Below, piece by piece: positions 46,173-54,692 of a stretch of DNA of 64,000 nucleotides. The stretch comes from Minisyncoccota bacterium. GTDB taxonomy: Bacteria; Patescibacteriota; Minisyncoccia; Phycocordibacterales; UBA9973. The notes below the pieces were generated by a model that had not been told where the DNA came from, ran no database searches, and saw only the letters and a list, made by a program, of their open reading frames with translations. The position numbers and the translations under genes are program-made. Numbering within the stretch: position 1 is the stretch's first letter; every line of letters begins with the position of its first letter. The stretch is from assembly GCA_041675085.1 (NCBI GenBank), contig JBAYUN010000001.1, positions 9,829-73,828 of the forward strand, written 5' to 3'.

Positions 46173-47543
46173 ATGACCATGAAAAAATTCGTCATAGTTT
46201 TTATTTTTATACTTAGTTTTATATTTCCTAGTAGTAATGCAAATGCGGCTATTGATTGTCTCACTATTAACGCTAATTCTCCTGCAGCAGACAAAGCTGT
46301 GTGTCAAAAAGAGTTGGCTAATATCGAGGCTGAACTAGCTGAATTGTTGAAACAACAAGAAGCTCAAAAGAAAAATACAGGTACCCTCACAGGTGATGTA
46401 AAATTTTTGAATTCACAAATCACAGCTTTGAAGACTAAAGTCAAAGCCCGAGCTTTGGCTATCGCTCAACTCAAAGCTTCTATCTCTGAGAAAGTTTCTA
46501 CTATTGGTACTCTGTCTGAAAAGATAGAATCCCAACACCAATCCTTGAGTCAACTCTTGAAAAAGACTAGTGAATTTGATAATGGGAATCTTGTGCATTT
46601 GATTTTTTCTACAAAAAGTTTATCTGCTTTTTATGATGATTTAGAGTCTTATTCTTCTTTAAAAGAAGCTATTAAAGTCTCAGTAGATCAAATAAAAGGA
46701 GTTAAAACTCTTACTGAATCTGAGAAAAAAGAACTTGAGAAAAAACAAGACGCCGAGACAGATGCCAAAGTAGAACTCGAAACCGCTCAAAAGAAAACAA
46801 GCCAAGCTGAAGCAGAGAAAAAGAAATTATTATCTATTAGTCAAAACAAAGAAGCTGAATATAAGAAATTAGCTGCCGAGAAAAAAGCGAAAGCGGATCG
46901 TATCCGTGCAGCTCTGTTTACTCTAGCAGGTACAAGTCAAAAAATAGAATTCGGTACAGCTTTGAAATACGCTAATGAAGCTAAAACTTTACTTGGTATA
47001 GATCCAGCTTTCTTGTTGGCTATTTTTAGACAAGAGAGTAACTTGGGTTCTAATGTTGGTCAATGTTATATGACTGACCCAGCTACAGGAAGTGGTGTAG
47101 GAGCTAATACCGGTAGTGCTCAGATTAGAGTGATGAAGCCTGATAGAGATGTAGCTCCATTCTTAGCTATTACCGAGAGATTAGGACTCGACTACAAGAC
47201 TACACGTGTGTCTTGTTGGATTAAGGATATCCGTAACGGTTCTCCTTATGGTTGGGGAGGCGCTATGGGTCCGGCTCAGTTTATACCTTCTACTTGGAAA
47301 GGTTTTGAGACTAGACTAAGAAAGCTTCTCGGTTATGAGGCTAACCCTTGGGCAGCTCATGATGCTTTTATGGCTTCTGCTATGTATCTGACAGACCTTG
47401 GGGCAGTAGGTTCGAGTACAGCAGCTCAACATAAGGCAGCTTGTAGGTATTACGGTTCTGGAGGGGCTACTTGTGCTTATAGTAATAGTGTTATGAAGTT
47501 TAAAAACGCTTATCAGGCTGACATAGATTTGCTTTCAGAATAA
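46173..47543 (+). CDS. Secreted coiled-coil lytic transglycosylase (SLT family)
   Basis: Signal peptide, long coiled coil, AI..QES and GGAMGPAQFIPSTW. Confidence 0.85.
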   Translation: MTMKKFVIVFIFILSFIFPSSNANAAIDCLTINANSPAADKAVCQKELANIEAELAELLKQQEAQKKNTGTLTGDVKFLNSQITALKTKVKARALAIAQLKASISEKVSTIGTLSEKIESQHQSLSQLLKKTSEFDNGNLVHLIFSTKSLSAFYDDLESYSSLKEAIKVSVDQIKGVKTLTESEKKELEKKQDAETDAKVELETAQKKTSQAEAEKKKLLSISQNKEAEYKKLAAEKKAKADRIRAALFTLAGTSQKIEFGTALKYANEAKTLLGIDPAFLLAIFRQESNLGSNVGQCYMTDPATGSGVGANTGSAQIRVMKPDRDVAPFLAITERLGLDYKTTRVSCWIKDIRNGSPYGWGGAMGPAQFIPSTWKGFETRLRKLLGYEANPWAAHDAFMASAMYLTDLGAVGSSTAAQHKAACRYYGSGGATCAYSNSVMKFKNAYQADIDLLSE

Positions 47544-47566
47544 AGCTATGCTAATATAAAAAAACA

Positions 47567-47782
47567 ATGAAAAAAGATATACACCCAAAATATAATACTC
47601 AAATGCAAGCTATCTGTGCTTGTGGCGCTATTTTTATAGTAGGCTCTACTATGAATGAAATAAACAGTGAAATCTGTAGTCACTGTCATCCTTTCTATAC
47701 AGGAAATGAAAAAATCATGGACACTGCTGGACGTGTAGATAGATTCAACAAACGTAAAGCTGCTACTTTAAAAGCTAAATAA
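47567..47782 (+). CDS. rpmE: 50S ribosomal protein bL31 (Zn-binding type)
   Basis: MKKDIHPKY, CACG, CSHCHPFYTG and GRVDRF. Confidence 0.97.
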   Translation: MKKDIHPKYNTQMQAICACGAIFIVGSTMNEINSEICSHCHPFYTGNEKIMDTAGRVDRFNKRKAATLKAK

Positions 47783-47787
47783 ATAAC

Positions 47788-47885
47788 AATACGCTTGTAT
47801 TTTTAGGGTCGCATATTTTTTTGCTAAAAAATTGCTCATTCTCGGCTCGTCAGCCTGTGAAAGTCCCTAAAAACACAAGCGTATT
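47788..47885. repeat. Palindromic intergenic element (21 bp arms, structured core), related to 7334-7444
   Basis: Arms aatacgcttgtatttttaggg / ccctaaaaacacaagcgtatt (1 mismatch). Confidence 0.7.
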
Positions 47886-47905
47886 TTTTTAATTAATTCA
47901 ATTTT

Positions 47906-48874
47906 ATGAGTTACGATATAGAAGAACTAAAGAAGAACCATAATACTAATTATTTAGCTACTGTTTTAGAGCGTCTCAATAGGCAAGAAGCTGAAGTGCG
48001 ATTGATGCTAGAATCTGATGACTCCTTGCATGAATTAGCTGGAGAAGAATTAAAGAGTATCCAACTAGAGAGAGAAAGTGCCGAAAAGCAACTTGCAGAT
48101 ATTCTCGCTAAAGAGAAAGAAGAAGATGAATTTCCTAATGAAATTATTTTAGAAGTTAGAGCTGGAGCTGGAGGAGACGAAGCTTCTCTTTTTGCTTGGG
48201 AGCTAGCGCATATGTACGAGAGATTTGCTGAAATGCAAAATTGGCAATGGAAGACCAACTATGAATCCAAGAGTGAACTAGCTGGATACAAAGAAGCCAG
48301 TTTTGAAATCAAAGGTAAAGACGTTTACAAAATGATGCGTTATGAGACTGGAGTGCATAGAGTCCAACGTGTTCCAGCGACTGAAAAGAACGGACGCGTG
48401 CATACTTCGACTGCATCAGTAGCGGTTTTGCCAATTAAAAAGAAAGTTACTTTTGAGATTAACCCTGCGGAATTCGAGATGGAATATTCTCGCTCAGGAG
48501 GAAAAGGCGGACAAAACGTCAACAAGGTTGAAACTGCTGTGAGAATTATTCACGTACCGACAGGCCTTGATGTACGTTCTACGAATGAACGCAGTCAGCT
48601 CGCTAACCGCGAGAAAGCTATGATGATCCTAACTGCTAAACTCCAAGCTCTAAAAGAAGAAGAAGAAGCAAAGAAATACGCAGGTGAACGCAAGAACCAA
48701 ATAGGTACAGGAGACAGAAGTGAGAAGATACGTACTTATAATTTCTCTCAAGACCGGATCACTGATCACCGTATAAAAAAATCTTGGCATAATCTACCAA
48801 AAATGATGGAAGGAGAAATAGATGATATAATTAAGTCTCTAGAATCTGGCGAAGAAGGCACTGAAGAGGAATAA
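47906..48874 (+). CDS. prfA: Peptide chain release factor 1
   Basis: GVHRVQRVPAT (PxT motif), GGQ and IRTYNF. Confidence 0.95.
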   Translation: MSYDIEELKKNHNTNYLATVLERLNRQEAEVRLMLESDDSLHELAGEELKSIQLERESAEKQLADILAKEKEEDEFPNEIILEVRAGAGGDEASLFAWELAHMYERFAEMQNWQWKTNYESKSELAGYKEASFEIKGKDVYKMMRYETGVHRVQRVPATEKNGRVHTSTASVAVLPIKKKVTFEINPAEFEMEYSRSGGKGGQNVNKVETAVRIIHVPTGLDVRSTNERSQLANREKAMMILTAKLQALKEEEEAKKYAGERKNQIGTGDRSEKIRTYNFSQDRITDHRIKKSWHNLPKMMEGEIDDIIKSLESGEEGTEEE

Positions 48875-48919
48875 GAATAAAATAGTTTTCTCGAGCTGTT
48901 TTTATTGTATCAAAATTAA

Positions 48920-50695
48920 TTGAGTGAATTACCTATGAATTATAAAAGAATTTTTTATTATTATTGGCGTATTGCTAAAAAATATAATTTAGCAATATTT
49001 TTCATTTTATTTTTAGGTATAGGTAGAATTGCCTTTTCTTTTATTGCAGGAGGTTATATTTATAAATTAATTATAGATACTTTAAATAATGATTTACTTG
49101 ATATAGAAATAAAGTACGACATAATCTTAATCTTATTAGTTGCTATAGCTTTTTCATTCTTAATTTCTTTATTTACATCTAGAATGCTTGATTATACAAA
49201 ATTTCGATTTACGACTCGAGTTGTTAAAGAATTATATGATTTTACTTTTATTAAGATTTTGAATCATTCATATGGTTTTTTTTCTAATAATTTTTCTGGT
49301 AGTTTAGTTACAAAAACAAAAAGATTTATACAATCTTTTGAAACATTTGCTAATGTTTTAATTGATGGTTTTTGGCCTATATTTCTTTCCATTTTATTTA
49401 CTTTTGGTGCTTTGTATTTACAATCAAAAGTTTTAGCTTTTTATCTTTTAATCTGGTCTGTTCTTTATTTTGGATTGGTCTTATTTTTTCTTAAAAAGAA
49501 AATTCAAATCGATTTAAAATGGGCAGAATCAGATTCTAAAATCACTGGATATTTATCAGATTCTATTACTAATATATTTAATATTAAAATATTTTCTGCG
49601 TTAACTAATCAAAAAAAAGAGTTTTCCGAATTTAGTACAGATTTAAAAAAAACAAGTTTTATGTCTCTTAAATTTTGGACTATAAGGGCTACAGTCCAAG
49701 CTTTTTTTATGGTTTGTTTTCATGTTTTTATTCTATATACAATGATTAATCTTTGGAAAGACGGAGAAATTACGATTGGAGTTTTTGTGATGGCTTATAT
49801 TTATTTAGTTGGATTATTTGATCGTATTTGGGACTTGGCAACTAATATAAACACCTTCGTAAAAGCCACCACTGACGCTAAAGAAATGGTAGATATTTTT
49901 GATAAACCGATAGATATAATGGATCCTGAAATCCCAGAAAAATTAAATATTAAAAACGGTGAGATAGAATTTAAAAATGTTTTCTTTGAATATAATAATG
50001 ACAATGAAGTCTTTACTAATTTTAATTTAAAGATAACACCTGGAGAAAAAATTGGGCTCGTTGGACATTCAGGATCTGGCAAGACAACCATTACTAAAAT
50101 GCTTTTGCGTTTCGTTGATATTAAATCGGGTGATATTTTAATAGACGGGCAGAATATCAAAAATATTACTCAAGATGATTTGCGTAGTGTTATTTCGTAT
50201 GTGCCTCAAGATCCAATTTTATTTCACAGGAGCATAGGGGAGAATATAGGTTATTCTAAGGAAAATGCGACACAAGAAGAAATTGTAGCGTCTTCAAAGA
50301 AAGCTCATGCAGATGAATTTATCGCTAAATTACCTAAAGGTTATGATACTCTTGTAGGCGAGAGGGGTATCAAGCTTTCAGGTGGAGAACGTCAACGGGT
50401 CGCTATCGCTCGAGCTATGCTTAAAAATTCACCTATACTAGTACTCGACGAAGCGACTTCATCACTCGACAGTATCAGTGAGGTTTATATTCAAGAGTCT
50501 TTAAACGAACTAATGAAAGGTAAGACCGCTATTGTTATTGCTCATAGACTTTCTACAATTGCCAAAATGGATAGGATTATAGTTTTAGATAAAGGTATGA
50601 TTTTAGAACAAGGTACTCATCAAGAGCTACTAGATAAAGGTGGCATGTATACTAAGCTTTGGGATCATCAAACAGGTTTTCTGAATGAAGAATAA
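48920..50695 (+). CDS. ABC exporter, fused permease/ATPase
   Basis: TM domain plus GHSGSGKT, LSGGERQ and LDEATS. The start may be the in-frame ATG at 48935. Confidence 0.92.
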   Translation: MSELPMNYKRIFYYYWRIAKKYNLAIFFILFLGIGRIAFSFIAGGYIYKLIIDTLNNDLLDIEIKYDIILILLVAIAFSFLISLFTSRMLDYTKFRFTTRVVKELYDFTFIKILNHSYGFFSNNFSGSLVTKTKRFIQSFETFANVLIDGFWPIFLSILFTFGALYLQSKVLAFYLLIWSVLYFGLVLFFLKKKIQIDLKWAESDSKITGYLSDSITNIFNIKIFSALTNQKKEFSEFSTDLKKTSFMSLKFWTIRATVQAFFMVCFHVFILYTMINLWKDGEITIGVFVMAYIYLVGLFDRIWDLATNINTFVKATTDAKEMVDIFDKPIDIMDPEIPEKLNIKNGEIEFKNVFFEYNNDNEVFTNFNLKITPGEKIGLVGHSGSGKTTITKMLLRFVDIKSGDILIDGQNIKNITQDDLRSVISYVPQDPILFHRSIGENIGYSKENATQEEIVASSKKAHADEFIAKLPKGYDTLVGERGIKLSGGERQRVAIARAMLKNSPILVLDEATSSLDSISEVYIQESLNELMKGKTAIVIAHRLSTIAKMDRIIVLDKGMILEQGTHQELLDKGGMYTKLWDHQTGFLNEE

Positions 50696-50698
50696 AAG

Positions 50699-50725
50699 AT
50701 TTGCGGAAGTTGGACTTCCGCAAAT
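50699..50725. repeat. Palindrome ATTTGCGGAAGT-TGG-ACTTCCGCAAAT
   Basis: 12 bp perfect arms directly after the ABC gene stop. Could be a terminator or a short inserted element. Confidence 0.6.
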
Positions 50726-50794
50726 ATGTACTTTTTATTCTTTTTATGTTTATATAAATATGAAAGTCTTATTTTTAATTTAAAATTTAAAAAA

Positions 50795-50896
50795 ATGGGA
50801 ACCTTTGTTTTTTCTTATCTTGGAATTATTTTGTTAATTCATCTAATAGTATTATTACTAATTGCAAAATTTTCCGAAAATAAAAATATACTTTAA
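50795..50896 (+). CDS. Possible 33 aa single-TM peptide
   Basis: MGTFVFSYLGIILLIHLIVLLLIAKFSENKNIL, with an AT-rich leader and its own terminator at 50931-50964. Confidence 0.45.
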   Translation: MGTFVFSYLGIILLIHLIVLLLIAKFSENKNIL

Positions 50897-51032
50897 GATT
50901 ACTTTATGACTGAAGTAGTCTATCCCCGTAAGGCCCTGTATCGTGTATTCGAGCAGGGCTTTTTATTTACTTTCAAATTACTTTATGATTCAATGTATAT
51001 GAATATATTTTTGAACCTTAAAATTTAATATA

Positions 51033-51332
51033 ATGGATTATAATAAAGCATTATCATATTACAAAGCTCTAATTGAGGAAATTAATCAAGATAATAAAGA
51101 AGTAGATTTAACTTCTGAAAACTATCAGAAATACCTCGAGGATTATTATTCAGCTCTAGATTTCAGAGAACAATTAGAGCAATTGGAAAGGCACAAACAA
51201 GAATATTTAGATAATCTTCAAGAATATCAAGAAATTATTGTTTATATGAATTCTTATTTAGCTAAGCGTACTAGGTTTAAATATGAATCTTCAGGGTATT
51301 TGGAAAAAGTATATATCTACCCAGAATTTTAA
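51033..51332 (+). CDS. Hypothetical acidic, Tyr-rich helical protein
   Basis: 99 aa ORF followed by a terminator at 51359-51391. Confidence 0.65.
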   Translation: MDYNKALSYYKALIEEINQDNKEVDLTSENYQKYLEDYYSALDFREQLEQLERHKQEYLDNLQEYQEIIVYMNSYLAKRTRFKYESSGYLEKVYIYPEF

Positions 51333-51594
51333 GATATCATAATCAGTTTTTAAATTATGCCCTGCTGGTATTAATGCAAGCAGGGCTTTTTATTTGTTTG
51401 CTTTCTTTTTAAGCATGTGTCATACTTATAGGGTAGTTTATTCATAGCCTTTTTGTGTTAATTTGTGAGCTATGATTTTAGGGCAGAGATAAGCCTTAAA
51501 AGTGCAATGAGTTTCTACGTCTGACCTATCGGTAGGCAGGCATTATAATTAGTTTTTTGTCTCTTTTTACTAAAAAAGGGAAGAAGTTAATATT

Positions 51595-51942
51595 ATGGCT
51601 ACAAAGCTATACGTAGGGGGATTACCTTACTCAACAAGTGACGAAGCTCTTAAAGAGTATTTCTCACAAGCTGGTGCAGTAACATCAGCAGTTATCATTA
51701 TGGACAAGATGTCTGGTCGTTCTAAAGGTTTCGGTTTCGTTGAAATGACAACAGATGAAGAAGCACAAAATGCTGTTTCTATGTTTAATGACAAAGAATT
51801 CGAAGGCCGCAGACTAACTGTTAACGAAGCTCGTCCAATGGAAGCTCGTCCTCCAAGAACTGGTGGATCAGGTGGTGGATACGGTGGAGGAAATGGTGGT
51901 GGATACGGAGCAAATCGCTCAGGTGGACGCCGTGAATACTAA
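51595..51942 (+). CDS. RRM RNA-binding protein with Gly-rich tail
   Basis: RNP2 LYVGGL and RNP1 KGFGFVEM. Confidence 0.95.
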   Translation: MATKLYVGGLPYSTSDEALKEYFSQAGAVTSAVIIMDKMSGRSKGFGFVEMTTDEEAQNAVSMFNDKEFEGRRLTVNEARPMEARPPRTGGSGGGYGGGNGGGYGANRSGGRREY

Positions 51943-51963
51943 TTCTTTTTAAATTAAATTTTG

Positions 51964-51999
51964 AACAAAAAAACTACTTGCAAAAGTAGTTTTTTTGTT
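51964..51999 (+). terminator. Rho-independent terminator
   Basis: aacaaaaaaactactt-gcaa-aagtagtttttttgtt. Confidence 0.8.
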
Positions 52000-52083
52000 T
52001 CTGTTTTTTATTTACATTTATTTAGGTTTGCTTAAAATTAAAATTTCTGTTATATTTTTTAAGTGGTTTTAATTGTTTTTAAA

Positions 52084-52142
52084 TGAGTTTGTAGTTGTTG
52101 GTAATGTTCCCAAATTCTTGAGTTTGTAGTTGTTGGTAATGT
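52084..52142 (+). repeat. 24 bp direct repeat x2 (period 35) resembling a tRNA 5' end
   Basis: tgagtttgtagttgttggtaatgt at 52084-52107 and 52119-52142. Confidence 0.85.
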
Positions 52143-52155
52143 CCCCGTAGTTCAT

Positions 52156-52227
52156 GAGTGTGTAGTTCAGTGGTAGAACGCTGTCCTGATAAGACAGAGG
52201 TCGATGGTCCGATTCCATCCACACTCA
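52156..52227 (+). tRNA. tRNA-Ile (anticodon GAT)
   Basis: Acceptor gagtgtg/cacactc, D arm gttc/gaac, anticodon arm ctgtc-ctGATaa-gacag, T arm gatgg-tccgatt-ccatc. CCA is not encoded. Confidence 0.9.
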
Positions 52228-52346
52228 CCGCGTTGCTTTTAGCAACATTTCTAATATCTAGGTATAGATTTGCATTATTTCTTAGAAGGGAATATAATAT
52301 CGCTTGAATTGTTTTGGGGTATTTAAAGTTATATTTAAAAACACAA

Positions 52347-52655
52347 ATGGAATTAGATAAATTAAAAAAACAAAAAGACGAATACATAAATAAGATATTT
52401 TATTTAGGTCTAAAAATTGCTTTAATTTTTGGTATTCCTGCGGTCGCAGGCGCTCTAATAGGGAAAAGGATAGATGCTAAATATGATTCAGGAAATAAGT
52501 TTACAATGATTATATTGGTTTGTACTTTTATTTTGTCTTGGATTATTACGATTGTTATGTATAACAATTTAGCCAAAAAAATAAAAAAAGTAGAACGTGA
52601 TATTAAGATAGAAAAAGAAAAAACAGAAGTAGTAGATACTGATAAACAAAATTAA
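52347..52655 (+). CDS. ATP synthase gene-1 / AtpZ-AtpI-like membrane protein
   Basis: Two TM helices with G..ID..Y. First gene of the atp operon. ATG at 52347 preferred. Confidence 0.7.
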   Translation: MELDKLKKQKDEYINKIFYLGLKIALIFGIPAVAGALIGKRIDAKYDSGNKFTMIILVCTFILSWIITIVMYNNLAKKIKKVERDIKIEKEKTEVVDTDKQN

Positions 52656-52670
52656 TTAAATTATAATTAT

Positions 52671-53471
52671 ATGAATTTTTTACAAATCGAAAGAGGAATA
52701 AGTGGAATTCAACCAGACGTAGTTTTTCGTATTATGGGTTTCCCTATATCAAATACAACCTTGTTGTTGAGTTTTATCGCTTTGGTTATATTCCTTTTTT
52801 CTTATTTTAAAATTAGAAAATTTGTTTGGAATCCTTCAAAAACTCAAGCTATATTTGAAATGATATACGAAGGTATATTTGGTTTAGTAAATCAAATCAC
52901 TGGTAGTCGTAAACTAACCGAAACTATATTGCCTTTGATTGGTACTCTTATGGTTTTCATTGGTCTTTCTAATCTTATTGGTCTTATCGTACCGGGACTA
53001 ACTAGTATTACTTATGATGGACTATCTATTTTTCGAACCCCAACTTCAGACTTTAATACTACTTTAGGTCTGGCTGTGGCTTGTATTGCGATTACTCATG
53101 TCGCAAGTATAAAAGATTGGGGTTTATTGGGTCACTTGGGTAAATTCTTCCAAGTCAAAGAAATTTACTTGGGTTTTAAGCAAAGTCCAGGTGCAGGTGC
53201 GATGGCTATCGTAGGCTTCTTGATAGGTCTCCTTGACGTTATAGGTGAATTTGCTAAGATTATAGCGTTATCTTTGAGATTATTCGGTAATATGTATGCC
53301 GGAGAAGTTTTGATGGTGATTATTTTCGGAGGATTGGCGTATGCATTGCCAGCCCTTTGGATGGTAATGAGTCTACTTTCTGCTGTGGTGCAAACTGTTG
53401 TATTTAGTTCGCTAATTACAGCATATTACGCACTGTCGGTAAAACCGTCAGGGGAAGTAGTAAGTGGTTAA
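52671..53471 (+). CDS. atpB: ATP synthase subunit a
   Basis: PTSD.N.T and LSLRLFGNM.AGE. Confidence 0.95.
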   Translation: MNFLQIERGISGIQPDVVFRIMGFPISNTTLLLSFIALVIFLFSYFKIRKFVWNPSKTQAIFEMIYEGIFGLVNQITGSRKLTETILPLIGTLMVFIGLSNLIGLIVPGLTSITYDGLSIFRTPTSDFNTTLGLAVACIAITHVASIKDWGLLGHLGKFFQVKEIYLGFKQSPGAGAMAIVGFLIGLLDVIGEFAKIIALSLRLFGNMYAGEVLMVIIFGGLAYALPALWMVMSLLSAVVQTVVFSSLITAYYALSVKPSGEVVSG

Positions 53472-53526
53472 AAGTCGTTTTATTATTAATTTAATTTTCT
53501 TGTTTTAAAAACAAGGCAAAATATTT

Positions 53527-53745
53527 ATGGAATTAGAATCAGCACGTTTGTTCGCAAAGGCTATCGTTATGACTATAGCTATGGCAGGATCTGCAGTCGC
53601 AGAAGGTTATCTTATTGGTAAGGCTTTTGAAGCAATGGGACGCAATCCAGAAATTGCAGATTCATTGTTTACAAAAATGATCATCGGAGTTGCGATGGCT
53701 GAATCAACAGCTATTTATGCTTTCGTTGCATTCTTCCTTCTTTAA
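53527..53745 (+). CDS. atpE: ATP synthase subunit c (Na+-type signature)
   Basis: GRNPE loop, ESTAIY, and a Glu in helix 1. Confidence 0.95.
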   Translation: MELESARLFAKAIVMTIAMAGSAVAEGYLIGKAFEAMGRNPEIADSLFTKMIIGVAMAESTAIYAFVAFFLL

Positions 53746-53782
53746 TTAAAAATTTATTAACTTATCTATAATCTAAAAACAA

Positions 53783-54292
53783 ATGGAAAATTTATTGGAA
53801 ATACTGGGAAAAGTTGGGTTTGACTGGCAAGTAGCATTAGCCAATCTTTTTAACTTTTTAATTATTTTCTTACTTTTAAAGAAATTTGCTTTTGGACCTA
53901 TAGGTAAGTTGATTAAAGAAAGGCAAGATAAAATAAATGAAGGTATTTCAAATGCGGAAGTTAGTACAAAGCTTTTAGAAAATACTAAAACAGAGTACGA
54001 AGCTGTATTATTAGATGCACGCACTAAAGCAAATGAAATCATTGAGCAAGCAAAAAAAGAAGCAGTAGTAAGAAAAGATCAATTGGTAGACCAAACCAAA
54101 ATTGAAATAGCCTCTATGCTTGAGAATAGTAAAAAAACTCTAGAAACAGAGAAAAATAAAATGCTATCTGAAACCAAAAAAGAGATAGTAGGTATGGTGT
54201 TACAAGTCACAGAAAAGGTTATTGGTATCAAAGTAGACCAAGCTTATTCTGACAAAATCACCAAAGAATTAAATAATTTATCAAATGGCTAA
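53783..54292 (+). CDS. atpF: ATP synthase subunit b
   Basis: NF.I...LLKKF...P....ER followed by a coiled coil. Confidence 0.93.
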   Translation: MENLLEILGKVGFDWQVALANLFNFLIIFLLLKKFAFGPIGKLIKERQDKINEGISNAEVSTKLLENTKTEYEAVLLDARTKANEIIEQAKKEAVVRKDQLVDQTKIEIASMLENSKKTLETEKNKMLSETKKEIVGMVLQVTEKVIGIKVDQAYSDKITKELNNLSNG

Positions 54293-54689
54293 TCTTTCTT
54301 ATAATGATATAGCGAGAGCTATATATATGGGTTTTAAAAACAAAGACAATCAAGAAATGTCTTTATTTGTAGATAATACCGTCAAATTTTTGACGCGCAA
54401 AAAATTATTGTCTAAAAGTAAAAATATTTTAGATAAATTAGAAGCTCTCATGAATAAAGATAAAGGTTTAATCAAAGCAAGAGTATCGACCGCAGAGAAA
54501 ATGACTGATATTTTTAAAAAAGATTTAAATTTATTTTTATTAAAAAAGTATAATGCAAAAGAGGTAGAGATGATAGAGATAGTAGATAGTCAACACATAG
54601 GCGGAGTTAAAATAGAAGTAGATGATGAAGTAATAGACATGACGATTGCTAATAAATTAAAAAAATTACAAACACATTTAACAAGATAG
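54285..54689 (+). CDS. atpH: ATP synthase subunit delta (short form)
   Basis: C-terminal D...IGG.KI..DD.VID.TI..KL and operon position. Confidence 0.85.
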   Translation: MANLSYNDIARAIYMGFKNKDNQEMSLFVDNTVKFLTRKKLLSKSKNILDKLEALMNKDKGLIKARVSTAEKMTDIFKKDLNLFLLKKYNAKEVEMIEIVDSQHIGGVKIEVDDEVIDMTIANKLKKLQTHLTR

Positions 54690-54692
54690 AAT

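Noticed and set aside
52084-52142. Possible CRISPR array
   Set aside because: Only two 24 bp repeats with an 11 bp gap and no cas genes.
52079-52387. 102 aa minus-strand ORF
   Set aside because: It is antisense to tRNA-Ile and the atp promoter region.
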